Shown piece by piece: positions 44,420 through 54,199 of a stretch of 64,000 nucleotides of DNA. A program made the translations under genes and the position numbers. The DNA comes from Clostridia bacterium (GTDB lineage Bacteria; Bacillota; Clostridia; Christensenellales; CAG-138). The stretch lies in NCBI GenBank assembly GCA_017509785.1, contig JAFWOT010000009.1:6596-70595 (forward strand), read 5' to 3'. Below the pieces are notes generated by a model. It was not told the DNA's origin. It saw only the letters and a program-made list of their open reading frames with translations, and did not search any database. Numbering within the stretch: the stretch's first letter is position 1; each line of letters begins with the position of its first letter.

Positions 44420-44537
44420 TGAAGAGTAAAGCTGTGTTCGTTAAGTGTTGGCCGGACGGGGAGTTGACGGCCGAACGAAAAGCCCGCGCGGGTCTCCGCG
44501 TAAGAGGCTTGCGGAATACGGCTTGCATCCCGCTTCA
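44420..44537 (+). ncRNA. THF riboswitch
   Basis: AGAGTA...CGTTAAGTG...GGGAGTTG...AACGAAAAG...GCGG...CATCCCGCT upstream of a folate gene; anti-SD CCTCCTTTCCC (44564-44574) can pair with GGGGAAGGAGG (44590-44600). Confidence 0.88.
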
Positions 44538-44608
44538 TAGGGCAGCCAAACGGGGTCTTACGGCCTCCTTTCCCATGTCGTATGAATGAGGGGAAGGAGG
44601 TTTATATT

Positions 44609-46690
44609 ATGTCAGCGATACTTTCCGCAATAGGTCTCATACTCTTTGCCATTGGCGCCTTCGGGCTGTATTCGGGGCTATACTCGGGCGATAACGCCGC
44701 CGGCGAGCTTGCCGCCCGCGTGCGCGAGGCGCTTTCGTCAGCCTTCGCGGAGCCGAAGACGGCGCTCGTGATCGCCGGAGCAGCGGCGGCTGTGATCGGT
44801 ATAGTGCTCGTTTTCGCGGGTGCCGTCCGCGCCCGCAGGGAGAAGAAGTCCCGAGCGCAGATCAGCATCCGCGTTATGACGGTGCTTGCGATGCTCCTTG
44901 CAATGACCGTCATGCTCGACAGGCTCCCGGGCCTTTCCATAAAGACGGCGGGGTGGAAGATAGGCTTCTCCTTCGTGCCGCCGATGCTCGCCGCCATGCT
45001 CTACGGCCCTCCGGAGGCCGCGCTCGTCTACGGGCTTTCCGATCTCATCGGCGCGACGCTCTTCCCGTTCGGGCCGTATCACCCGGGCTTCACGGTCGTC
45101 GCCGCGCTCATGGGCTTCGTCATGGGTCTGTTCCTCAACAAAAAGCCCTTCGCGTTCGTAAAGGGGAGCTTTGAATGGAAAAAGCTCCGCTTCTTCCCGA
45201 ACCATCTCATGCCCGTGCTCATAAACGCGATAGCGCTCGGGCTCTTCGTCAATACCGTTTGGGTCAGCCAACTCTACGGCTCGAAGACCTACTGGGGCTG
45301 GTTCGCGTACCGCCTCGTCGAATACGCGATACTCGTGCCCGTTCAGCTCATACTGATCCCCGCGCTTTTAAAGCTGTGCGAGACGCTCAAAAAGGCGGGC
45401 CTCGCCGGGCGTGACCGCAGGCGCGGCGCTTCGGACGAGCGCCTTCGGGAGATCTCCCGAAGCGAGAGCATACTCGGCCTCGAGCGGGTGACGGAGCTGC
45501 TCTCCCTCATGGGAAGGCCGCAGAACGCCGTCCCCGTCGTGCACGTCGCGGGGACCAACGGCAAGGGGTCCTTTACCGCCATGCTCGCTTCCGTCCTGCG
45601 CGAGGCGGGGCTTAAGGTCGGCTCGTTCACCTCCCCGGCGATAACGGGCGTCACGGATTCGATCCGCATAAACGGGGAGCCCGTTTCGGACTCCGAGCTC
45701 GACGCGGCTTTCAAACGCATTGCGGATATCTCCTCCGCGATGAAGGAGCGTCCCACCGAGTTCGAGGTGCTGACAGCCGCCGCCTACGGCATATTCTCCG
45801 ACGAGAAATGCGATATCGCGATAGTCGAATGCGGCCTCGGCGGAGCGGGCGACGCGACGAACGTCGTCGATAAGCCTCTGCTCGCCGTGATAACCAACGT
45901 ACAGCTCGATCATACCGACCGCCTCGGCGGCACCACCGCCGAGATCGCGGCGAAGAAGGCGGGCATAATAAAGCGCGGCCGCCCCGTGCTCTGGGGCGGG
46001 GACGACCCGGAGGCCGAGGCCGTTGTAAAAGCCGCCGCCGCAAGGCAGGGCGCGTCCGTTATCAAGACGGACCGCACGAGGCTAAGCGTCATTTCAGAGA
46101 GCATCGACGGTACCGAGATCGGGTTTTCAGGCTTCGGAAGGCTCCGCCTCTCTCTCATCGGCGCCTATCAGCCGGAGAACGCCGCGAACGTGCTCACGGC
46201 GGTGGAGGCTCTGCGTAAAGAGGGGCTTGATATCCCGGACGCCGCCGTCCGCGCGGGGCTTTCCGAAACTTCGTGGCCCGCAAGGTTCGAACTCATAAGG
46301 AAGGATCCTCCCGTCATATTCGACGGCGCCCATAACCCTGCCGGGGTGTCCCTCGCGGCGGAGAGCATAAAGCGGATATTCCCCGGCACGAAGGCGGTAC
46401 TGCTCGTCGGCGTCATGGCGGATAAGGATCACGCCAAATATCCCGGCCTGCTCGCGCCCGTCTGCGATAAGGCCTTCTGCGTAAAGCCCTCCAACCCGCG
46501 TTCGCTCGCGGCGGATGCGCTGGCTGACGAGCTCCGCTCCGGCGGAGTGGAGGCCGAAGGCTTCGATGAGCTTTCGGAGGGAGTCGCCGCGGCGTATTCA
46601 TATGCCAAGGAGAAGGGGCTGCCCCTCGTCGCGATGGGCACGCTCTACATGTACGGGCAGGTGATCGCCGCCCTCGATGCCGTTCAATAG
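44609..46690 (+). CDS. Fusion of folate ECF S component (FolT-like) and folylpolyglutamate synthase (FolC)
   Basis: KIGFSF..AMLYGP..SDLIG..PFGPYHPGFT..LFVNTVW (FolT) in frame with LGLER, HVAGTNGKGS, FTSP, VECGLGG, LDHT, IFDGAHNPAG (FolC). Confidence 0.88.
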   Translation: MSAILSAIGLILFAIGAFGLYSGLYSGDNAAGELAARVREALSSAFAEPKTALVIAGAAAAVIGIVLVFAGAVRARREKKSRAQISIRVMTVLAMLLAMTVMLDRLPGLSIKTAGWKIGFSFVPPMLAAMLYGPPEAALVYGLSDLIGATLFPFGPYHPGFTVVAALMGFVMGLFLNKKPFAFVKGSFEWKKLRFFPNHLMPVLINAIALGLFVNTVWVSQLYGSKTYWGWFAYRLVEYAILVPVQLILIPALLKLCETLKKAGLAGRDRRRGASDERLREISRSESILGLERVTELLSLMGRPQNAVPVVHVAGTNGKGSFTAMLASVLREAGLKVGSFTSPAITGVTDSIRINGEPVSDSELDAAFKRIADISSAMKERPTEFEVLTAAAYGIFSDEKCDIAIVECGLGGAGDATNVVDKPLLAVITNVQLDHTDRLGGTTAEIAAKKAGIIKRGRPVLWGGDDPEAEAVVKAAAARQGASVIKTDRTRLSVISESIDGTEIGFSGFGRLRLSLIGAYQPENAANVLTAVEALRKEGLDIPDAAVRAGLSETSWPARFELIRKDPPVIFDGAHNPAGVSLAAESIKRIFPGTKAVLLVGVMADKDHAKYPGLLAPVCDKAFCVKPSNPRSLAADALADELRSGGVEAEGFDELSEGVAAAYSYAKEKGLPLVAMGTLYMYGQVIAALDAVQ

Positions 46691-46702
46691 GGAGATACAA
46701 TT

Positions 46703-47380
46703 ATGAGATGCACGTTCTGCGGTGAAGAAAACGAGAACGACGCCCGCTTCTGCGTGAACTGCGGGAGAGCCTTATCCTCCCCTGTGAGCATGCCCGCTGC
46801 GGCTCCGCGGGCGGAGCGCTGGAGCGGAGCGGTGATCGGCCTCTCCGCGGCGGGGCTCGCGTTTACCTGTGTGTACGCCGCGCTCTATATAAGGTTCGCC
46901 CGCCTTACGGGCAGTCCGCCTGTTTCCTGTTTGATGCCGGCGATATCGGTCACGATCGCGCTTGCGGCGGTCGCTCTCTTCATTGCTCCCACAAGGCGGA
47001 TCCCGATCGTTACAGCCATCCCGCGGATACTCTCGCTGATAATGTCGTCGTATTCGCTGATAATGCTCGCCGTGCACGGGTCTGCGGCGCTGCCCAGGGT
47101 CGCGGTGAATTACGTGCTCGTGCTCGCTCCCGCCGTGCTGTACGTCGTCTGCGCGGCGGCGAAGCCGCGTTCGTCCGCGCTCGCGGTCGTGCATATAGTG
47201 CTGACGGTGCTGCTCTTGGTTTTCGGTCTCCTTTCCGGCGACTACGCCCATATGTTCCGCGGCGACACGGTCATGCGGCTCGTGGCCTTCATGAACGCCG
47301 CAAGCTGCTTCGCGGCGCTCCTTTCGGGGCTTGCGTACAGCCTTGCGATGCTCCAAATGAGGAAAAAGCCGGAGCAATAA
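46703..47380 (+). CDS. Zinc-ribbon membrane protein
   Basis: CTFCG...ARFCVNCG followed by about six TM segments. Confidence 0.75.
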   Translation: MRCTFCGEENENDARFCVNCGRALSSPVSMPAAAPRAERWSGAVIGLSAAGLAFTCVYAALYIRFARLTGSPPVSCLMPAISVTIALAAVALFIAPTRRIPIVTAIPRILSLIMSSYSLIMLAVHGSAALPRVAVNYVLVLAPAVLYVVCAAAKPRSSALAVVHIVLTVLLLVFGLLSGDYAHMFRGDTVMRLVAFMNAASCFAALLSGLAYSLAMLQMRKKPEQ

Positions 47381-47408
47381 TAAAACCCAACGGTATAAAT
47401 AAGTAAGC

Positions 47409-47447
47409 AAAAACGCGGAGACGCCCGCTGAGGAGCCTCCGCGTTTT
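47409..47447. terminator. Bidirectional terminator
   Basis: AAAACGCGGAG...CTCCGCGTTTT between convergent genes. Confidence 0.7.
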
Positions 47448-47459
47448 CATTTACGGTCT

Positions 47460-48575
47460 TTAGATTTTCACGAGCTCATACTCGTTCGTGCCTATGCCGA
47501 GCTTTTCCGCGTGGATGAGGCCCGCCTCCCAATCGGTGTCGGGGTGGACGATGCGGAACACGTCGTGCGCTTGCGCGTGGTCGTGCGCTTCATCCTTATC
47601 GGCGGCGGAGCCGGGGACTATGGGCGCGCGGTTCGCGGCGTCGACGCAGGCCCGGTCGAGCGCGACGGGATCGAACGAGGCGAACATGCCTATATCGGGT
47701 ATAACGGGCACGTCGTTGCATGAATCGCAGTCGCATTCGGGCGAAACGTCCACGACGAGGCTCACGTGGAAGCCGGGCTTTCCCGCGAGGACGGCCTTCG
47801 TGTACTCGGCGATCTTCCTGTTCATGACGGGCTTTGCCTCGTCCCACTTCGTCATTATGGCTCCCTTCGGGCAGTAGGCGATGCAGTATCCGCAGCCGAC
47901 GCAGTTCGCCTCGTCTATCACGGCCTTGCCTTCGACTATATTCACACCCGAGTTGTTGCAGTGCCTCACGCACATTCCGCAGCCGATACAGCGGCTCTTC
48001 GATATGCGCGGCGTACCGGAGGAGTGCATCTCCATCTTTCCCTTCTTGGAGCCGCACCCCATGCCTATGTTTTTGAGGCACCCGCCGAACCCGGCGTTGA
48101 CGTGCCCTTTGAAATGCGTGAGCGAAATGATTATATCCGCCTCGGCTATCGCGGCGCCTATCTTCGCCGTCTTGCAGTATTGCCCGCCCTCGATGGGGAT
48201 CTCCCGCTCGTCAGTGCCGCGCAGGCCGTCCGCTATTATGGTGTGGACGCCCGTCGCAAGCGGGTTGTAGCCGTTCATGTACGCGGCGTCCAGATGCCCG
48301 AGCACGTTGTTGCGGTAGCCGACGTAGAGCGTGTTGCAGTCGGTGAGGAAGGGCTTCCCGCCGAGCTCCTTGACGCGGTCGCATATGACGCGGGCATACT
48401 GCTGGCGCAGGAAGGCCATGTTTCCGTACTCGCCGAAATGCACCTTCACTGCGACGAACTTATCCTTAAAATCGATAGAAGCGATCCCCGCTTTGTCTAT
48501 CAGCCTGCGGAACTTATCGAGCAGGCTCGAATTCATTCCGACGTGCATATCCGTAAAATAAACCTTTGAAGCCAT
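47460..48575 (-). CDS. DUF362-domain 4Fe-4S protein
   Basis: VAVKVHFGE, THFKGH, CIGCGMCVRHC, CVGCGYCIAYCP, DPVALD. Confidence 0.85.
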   Translation of the reverse strand: MASKVYFTDMHVGMNSSLLDKFRRLIDKAGIASIDFKDKFVAVKVHFGEYGNMAFLRQQYARVICDRVKELGGKPFLTDCNTLYVGYRNNVLGHLDAAYMNGYNPLATGVHTIIADGLRGTDEREIPIEGGQYCKTAKIGAAIAEADIIISLTHFKGHVNAGFGGCLKNIGMGCGSKKGKMEMHSSGTPRISKSRCIGCGMCVRHCNNSGVNIVEGKAVIDEANCVGCGYCIAYCPKGAIMTKWDEAKPVMNRKIAEYTKAVLAGKPGFHVSLVVDVSPECDCDSCNDVPVIPDIGMFASFDPVALDRACVDAANRAPIVPGSAADKDEAHDHAQAHDVFRIVHPDTDWEAGLIHAEKLGIGTNEYELVKI

Positions 48576-48800
48576 AAGCCACCTCCGTGATCGTTTGTTT
48601 AATTATATACTGAAACGCGGCGGGAAGCAAGAGCTTTGTGCCTGCAAGGCGGGAATATTCACCTTCATATTCATCCAAAGCTTTTTTTCAAATCCCCCAA
48701 AAAGGGTTGACAGAAATATTAGGATGGTATATGATATAAAAGGTAAATGTATTTCACAAACCGGTTAGAGGTAAAGAGCTCGAATCAAGGAGGATTTTTC

Positions 48801-48950
48801 AATCAAAATAGAATAGCTTTAGTGATTGCCATACTGACTGCCCCGGTATTTGTTCTCCCTATAAATTAGAATGCAGCAGGAAATTATGTTATTATTCTGA
48901 TTCCAACAAAAACACAGGGAACAAAGACGGAATGGTGCCGGGCATGCGGA
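48801..48950 (+). pseudogene. Possible remnant of a secreted papain-like/C39-like peptidase gene
   Basis: AAGGAGG SD with no start codon, signal-like RIALVIAILTAPVFVLP, in-frame TAG at 48867, then QGTKTEWCRA resembling a Q..WCWA motif. Confidence 0.35.
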
Positions 48951-48957
48951 GGCACTT

Positions 48958-49781
48958 ATGATAAAAATATAATTTCAGTTTGTTTAGGAGTGATGATGCT
49001 AATGCTGATGATCTCATGCTCTGCGGAAGTTGAGAAGCCCTCTATCCCCGAAGATGTTTTGAATTATGCACAGAGCGTAGCATTACCTGAGATGAAAACA
49101 TTTATGAAGGCCAATGATTACGTCGGGACCGTTTTTGATTCTGCTGAAGAAATAGATTCATTAAGATTAGGTGAGGCAATACCTTATATGGGGTATGCCG
49201 GCGAGAAACTGTCGAAAGGATCTGTCGTTTGCCTTGACAGAAGCTGGACGTTCGTTGCAGAGGGAAACAAAGGTCATTCCGTGCTGTTCTATGTTTATCG
49301 GACAGAAGAAGGCCTTTCGTTCAGCGGTGCGCAGAACGCGAAGAATTATCTTGACGCCAAGGAAATAATGCAGAAGCTAATGAAAAAGGCGGGGGTCGAG
49401 GGTGAACCCCGTTTCATCGATTGCTTTTACTGCAGCGTTATGTATGCGGATTTCAACGGCGACGAAAGGATCATCACCGTTCTTACCGACGCCTGCCCTT
49501 TAAATGAAAAGTATTATTCCGTTACGGATCACAGGGAATTACCGACGCTTGAAGAATTCAATTCCGCAGTCGCCAAGGAGCGTGCGAAGCCGATCGTGGA
49601 TGAGAACGGTTCTCCCATATTCGGGTCCGGACAGATCGACATTTCACCGCATCTTTCACCGGCATACGGCTTGGGAAAAGGAACCTCATGGCCGATCGCC
49701 GTATCGGCCTCTGCAGTTTTCGTGATCGCGGGCGCTGTTGGGGTCGGCGTGCGCAAACGCAGGAAAAAAACGGGAGAATGA
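48958..49781 (+). CDS. Hypothetical exported protein with C-terminal membrane anchor; apparent frameshift just after the SD-linked ATG
   Basis: GGAGG-N5-ATG at 48958 is out of frame with the ORF at 48990-49781 (A5 run at 48963-48967); C-terminal TM plus RKRRKK; lower GC than the flanks. Confidence 0.6.
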
Positions 49782-49901
49782 TTCGAATGAACGTTTGGCG
49801 GGCGAAAGCCCGCCGTTTTTTTATCCGTCCCCTTTTCTTTATCTTCGGCTTATGATATAATGTTAATCGGGGCATTCCGTATTGCCCGTACAGGAGGTTC
49901 C

Positions 49902-50792
49902 ATGCGTCGGGACGCTTTTTCCGATATTCATCCGGCCGTGAGCTTTGCCCTCTTTGCGGCGGTGCTCGTGCTGACAGCGTTCGTACTGCACCCCGCGGTG
50001 ACGGGTATATCGCTCGTTTCGGCCTGCATATATACGATCGTATTAAAGGGCAGGCGCGCCCTGCTCTTCGATCTGCTGGCGGTACTGCCGTTCATAATCG
50101 TCGTGGCGGCGCTCAATCCCCTCTTCAATCACGAGGGGGCGACCCCGCTCTTCTACCTTTGGAACGGCAACGCCGTAACGAAGGAGGCGGTGGTCTACGG
50201 GCTCGTTTCCGCCTGCATGTTCGCTGCGCTCATAATGTGGTTCTACTGCATGAACGCCGTTATGACGTCCGATAAGGTGATATTCCTCTTCGGGCGGGTG
50301 CTGCCCGCGCTCTCGCTCATATTCTCGATGACGCTCCGCTTCGTGCCGAGGCTCGTCTCCCGAATAAGGGAGGTCTCCGCCGCGCAAAAGAGCACGTCTC
50401 CCCCCATGAAGAAGGGCGTCGTTTCGGGCGTGCGGCACGGCATAAGCGTAATTTCCGTCACCGTCGGGTGGGCGCTCGAAAGCTCGGTCGTCATGTCCGA
50501 CAGCATGCGCTCCCGCGGGTACGGCGGGCGGGGGAGGACGGCCTACGCCCTCTATCGCTTCACCGCGCGGGACGCCTTGCTCGCGGCGCTTGCGGCGGCA
50601 TTTACCGCGGCCTTCGTATGGGCGGCCGCCTCAAAGGCGGTCTACTTCCGATCCTATCCTTCCGTCAAGTGCGCTCCGATGAGCGTCGGCGCAGTTATCG
50701 GACTTGCGGCTTTCGCGGGGCTCTGCCTCATGCCCGCGCTCCTCAACGCATGGGAGAACGTAAAATGGCGAATTTTAAGTTCGAAGCTTTGA
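49902..50792 (+). CDS. ECF transporter transmembrane component T
   Basis: NPLFNHEG, MTSDK, LRFVP, SMRSRGYG. Confidence 0.88.
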   Translation: MRRDAFSDIHPAVSFALFAAVLVLTAFVLHPAVTGISLVSACIYTIVLKGRRALLFDLLAVLPFIIVVAALNPLFNHEGATPLFYLWNGNAVTKEAVVYGLVSACMFAALIMWFYCMNAVMTSDKVIFLFGRVLPALSLIFSMTLRFVPRLVSRIREVSAAQKSTSPPMKKGVVSGVRHGISVISVTVGWALESSVVMSDSMRSRGYGGRGRTAYALYRFTARDALLAALAAAFTAAFVWAAASKAVYFRSYPSVKCAPMSVGAVIGLAAFAGLCLMPALLNAWENVKWRILSSKL

Positions 50793-52399
50793 CTTTCACA
50801 TATCCCAACGGCCCGGCTCCCGCGCTCGAAAGCGTGGATCTTTCCGTGCGCGATGGGGAGTTCCTGCTCGTAATAGGCCCGTCCGGCGGGGGAAAATCCA
50901 CCCTGCTCAGGCATTTTAAATCCGTCCTCGCCCCACACGGGGAGAGGAGCGGTTCCGTCCTCATGGACGGGGTCCCGCTGTCAGACGTCCCCGAGCGCGA
51001 GCAGGCGGCGAAGATAGGTTTCGTTTTCCAGCATCCGGACGATCAGCTCGTCACCGACAAGGTCTGGCATGAGCTCGCCTTCGGGCTGGAGAGCCTCGGC
51101 TGCGGCAGGGAGAGGATGCGCGTGCGCGTCGCCGAGATGGCGAGCTATTTCGGGCTCGAGGGCGTCTTCCACAAGGACGTCGCGGAGCTCTCCGGCGGGC
51201 AGAAGCAGCTCGTCAACCTCGCCTCCGTGATGGCGATGAACCCATCCGTCCTCGTGCTCGACGAGCCGACGAGCTCGCTCGATCCCATAGCCGCGTTCGA
51301 TTTTCTGACCACGGTGAAGAAGCTCAACACCGAGCTCGGGCTGACGGTCGTTTTGAGCGAGCACCGCCTCGAGGAGGCAATGCCCTTTGCAGACCGCGTC
51401 GCAGTGTTGGAGGAAGGCCGCCTCACCGCCATAGGCGAACCGAAGGCCGTCGCGGAGGAGCTCCATAAAAGGGGCTCGGGGATGGCGCTCGCAATGCCCT
51501 CCGCCGCGAGGATCAGCTGCGCCATAGGCTGCAGCCCCGCCGCCCTCACCGTAAACGAGGGCAGGCGCATGCTCCGCTCGATGGGTCTTGCCCGCAAGAC
51601 CCTTCCCGAAACCCCCGCCCCCGCGAAGGGCGAAACGGTTCTTCGGGCAAAGGAGCTCTTCTTCAGATACGAAAAGGATTCCCCCGACGTGCTTCGCGGG
51701 CTCGATATCGAGCTGCGCGCCGGGAGCGTATACGGCCTCGTCGGCGGGAACGGCGCGGGCAAATCCACCTTATTGAAGGCGCTCTCCGGAAGCGCCGTCC
51801 CCTACAGGGGCAGGGTGGAGATATCCGGCAGGCGCATGAAGGGCAGATTCTCCGCCTTCGAGGAGCGCGTCGGCCTCCTCCCGCAGGATCCGAGGACGGT
51901 GTTCTATCCCGTCTCCGTCGGCGAGAACGTCAAAAAGGCCGCCGCCGGCAGGGGAGCGGGGGAGGAGGAGATCGAAAGGATCGTCTCCCTCATGGGGATA
52001 GGCTCGCTGTCGGAGCGCGACCCGTTCGATATCTCGGGCGGAGAGCAGCAGCGTACCGCCATCGCGATGATACTCCTCACGAAGCCGCGCATACTCCTCA
52101 TGGACGAGCCGACGAAGGGCATGGACGCTGGCGTCAAACGCGCCTTCGGGCTGAAGCTGCGCGAGCTCGCCTCCGAGGGGCTTTCCGTGATGCTCGTCAC
52201 GCACGATACCGAATTCTGCGCCGAGTACGCGGATACCGCCGCCCTCATGTTCGACGGGAGCATATCCGCCGAAAACACCGCGAGGGAGTTCTTCTGCGGA
52301 AACACCTTCTATACTACGGCGGCCAACCGCATCGCGCGCGATATATACCCCAACGCCATTCTGACGGAGGAGGTGACCGCTCTTGCAAAACGCGGATAA
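50765..52399 (+). CDS. ECF transporter ATPase with two nucleotide-binding domains
   Basis: GPSGGGKST/LSGGQ/LDEPT and GGNGAGKST/ISGGE/MDEPT. Confidence 0.9.
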   Translation: MANFKFEALTFTYPNGPAPALESVDLSVRDGEFLLVIGPSGGGKSTLLRHFKSVLAPHGERSGSVLMDGVPLSDVPEREQAAKIGFVFQHPDDQLVTDKVWHELAFGLESLGCGRERMRVRVAEMASYFGLEGVFHKDVAELSGGQKQLVNLASVMAMNPSVLVLDEPTSSLDPIAAFDFLTTVKKLNTELGLTVVLSEHRLEEAMPFADRVAVLEEGRLTAIGEPKAVAEELHKRGSGMALAMPSAARISCAIGCSPAALTVNEGRRMLRSMGLARKTLPETPAPAKGETVLRAKELFFRYEKDSPDVLRGLDIELRAGSVYGLVGGNGAGKSTLLKALSGSAVPYRGRVEISGRRMKGRFSAFEERVGLLPQDPRTVFYPVSVGENVKKAAAGRGAGEEEIERIVSLMGIGSLSERDPFDISGGEQQRTAIAMILLTKPRILLMDEPTKGMDAGVKRAFGLKLRELASEGLSVMLVTHDTEFCAEYADTAALMFDGSISAENTAREFFCGNTFYTTAANRIARDIYPNAILTEEVTALAKRG

Positions 52400-53102
52400 A
52401 AAGCGCCTCCATCCCGGCGTGCTCGCGCTGATACTCGCGCTCCTTGCCGTCCCCGCGCTCATAGCCCTCGGCGTCGCCGTGTGGGACGACCGCAGGTTCT
52501 ATATAGTGAGCCTGCTCATAATACTCGTTTCGATGGCGCCCTTCGTGCTTCGGTTCGAAAAAAGGCGCCCCGGCGCGCGGGAGCTGACCCTTCTCGCGGC
52601 GATGACGGCGATAGGCGTCGCGGCGAGGGCGGCGTTCTACATGGTACCGCAGTTCAAGCCAATGGTCGCGATAGCCGTGATCACGGGAGTCGCGTTCGGC
52701 GCGGAATCGGGGTTCATAGTCGGGGCGATGATCGCCTTCGTCTCGAACTTCATATTCGGTCAGGGCCCGTGGACGCCCTGGCAGATGGAAGCGGCGGGCC
52801 TCATGGGGCTCCTGGCGGGGCTCATTTTTCACAGGAAGGACGGCTCCCTTCCGAAGCTCCTGCCGCTCTGCGTATTCGGCGGGCTCGGGACGCTGATACT
52901 TTACGGCCTCATAGTTGATACCTCGACCGTGTTCACCACCCAGAAGGAGATAACCTGGCAGGCACTCACGGCGGCGTACGGCACGGGGCTCGTGATGAAC
53001 CTCATACACGCGGCTGCAACGGTGGTATTCCTGCTCCTGCTTGCACGGCCGATGCTTAAAAAACTCAATCGCCTGCGCGTAAAATACGGCATGCTTCAAT
53101 AA
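52383..53102 (+). CDS. ECF transporter S component (substrate uncertain)
   Basis: VPQFKP, GAESGFIVG, SNFIFGQGPWTPWQM. Confidence 0.85.
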   Translation: MQNADKKRLHPGVLALILALLAVPALIALGVAVWDDRRFYIVSLLIILVSMAPFVLRFEKRRPGARELTLLAAMTAIGVAARAAFYMVPQFKPMVAIAVITGVAFGAESGFIVGAMIAFVSNFIFGQGPWTPWQMEAAGLMGLLAGLIFHRKDGSLPKLLPLCVFGGLGTLILYGLIVDTSTVFTTQKEITWQALTAAYGTGLVMNLIHAAATVVFLLLLARPMLKKLNRLRVKYGMLQ

Positions 53103-53147
53103 AAGGATCTATTATCACAAACCCGTAATACAGGATCGGAGGTAACT

Positions 53148-54188
53148 ATGGCAAATCCATTGAGTGAACAGAAATGCCCGGCATGCGGCGCGCCGCTGAG
53201 GTTCGACCCAACGAGCGGCAAGTCCGTCTGCGACTGGTGCGGCATGAGCTACGACATCCCGACGGAAGCCGACGAGACCCTCGCGGAGGGCTCCGCTCCC
53301 GCCGCGGAAGCGGAGGAGCTCCCCGTCTACAACTGTCTGTCCTGCGGGGCGGAGATCGTGACCGACGCGGTCAGCGCCTCCATAAAATGCCCCTACTGCG
53401 GGAACAACATAGTCCTGACGGAGAAGGTCTCAGGCGGTCTCCGCCCGGACGGCGTCATCCCATTCCGCATAGACAAAAAATCCCTGCCCGCCGCCGTGCA
53501 GAGCTTCTATAAGGATAAGAAGCTCCTGCCGAGGAAGTTCTTCAGCGAAAGCAACATAGAGGATCTCGCGGGAGTCTACGTGCCCTTCTGGCTCTATGAC
53601 TGCGAGTACAGCGGCGAGGTCTCCTATGACGCGACCCGTTCCAGCGCCGCGAGGACGGGGGATTACATAGTTACTACCACCGCCCACTACGATCTGACGC
53701 GCAGCGTCGGCATGCGCTTTGCGGATATCCCCGTCGACGGGAGCGCGAGGCTCGACGACGCCCTCATGGATTCGCTCGAACCCTTCGACATGAGCGACGT
53801 CAAGCCATTCCGGATGAGCTATCTTTCGGGCTTCTTCGCGGAGCGCTTCGATAAGGATTCCGACGAGGTCAGGGCCCGCGCCGAGGACAGGATGCTGACT
53901 TCCGCCCTCGGTATCGCGGATGCGAACGTCCACGGGTACAGCACCGTTTCAAGACGCTCCCACGCCCTCGCGCCGACCTCCGTAAACGCCAAATACGTGC
54001 TGCTGCCGGTCTACACGTTCAACGTCGGCTGGCATGGGCAGAAGTACAGCTTCGCGATGAACGGGCAGACGGGCAAGGTCGTTGGCGATATCCCGACCGA
54101 CAAGGGCAGGTCGCTCCTGCGCCGCTGGGGGACGTTCGCCGCCGTGTTCGCCGCGGTACTGCTCCTGATATCATTCATTTCCTGCTGA
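53148..54188 (+). CDS. Double zinc-finger protein with C-terminal TM
   Basis: CPACGA..CDWCG, CLSCGA..CPYCG, PDGVIPF, YVPFW, LLPVY, MNGQTGKVVG. Confidence 0.8.
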   Translation: MANPLSEQKCPACGAPLRFDPTSGKSVCDWCGMSYDIPTEADETLAEGSAPAAEAEELPVYNCLSCGAEIVTDAVSASIKCPYCGNNIVLTEKVSGGLRPDGVIPFRIDKKSLPAAVQSFYKDKKLLPRKFFSESNIEDLAGVYVPFWLYDCEYSGEVSYDATRSSAARTGDYIVTTTAHYDLTRSVGMRFADIPVDGSARLDDALMDSLEPFDMSDVKPFRMSYLSGFFAERFDKDSDEVRARAEDRMLTSALGIADANVHGYSTVSRRSHALAPTSVNAKYVLLPVYTFNVGWHGQKYSFAMNGQTGKVVGDIPTDKGRSLLRRWGTFAAVFAAVLLLISFISC

Positions 54189-54199
54189 GGAGGCGCGCC

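Noticed and set aside
49790-49901. Cobalamin riboswitch before the ECF module
   Set aside because: The region is too short and no B12-box is visible
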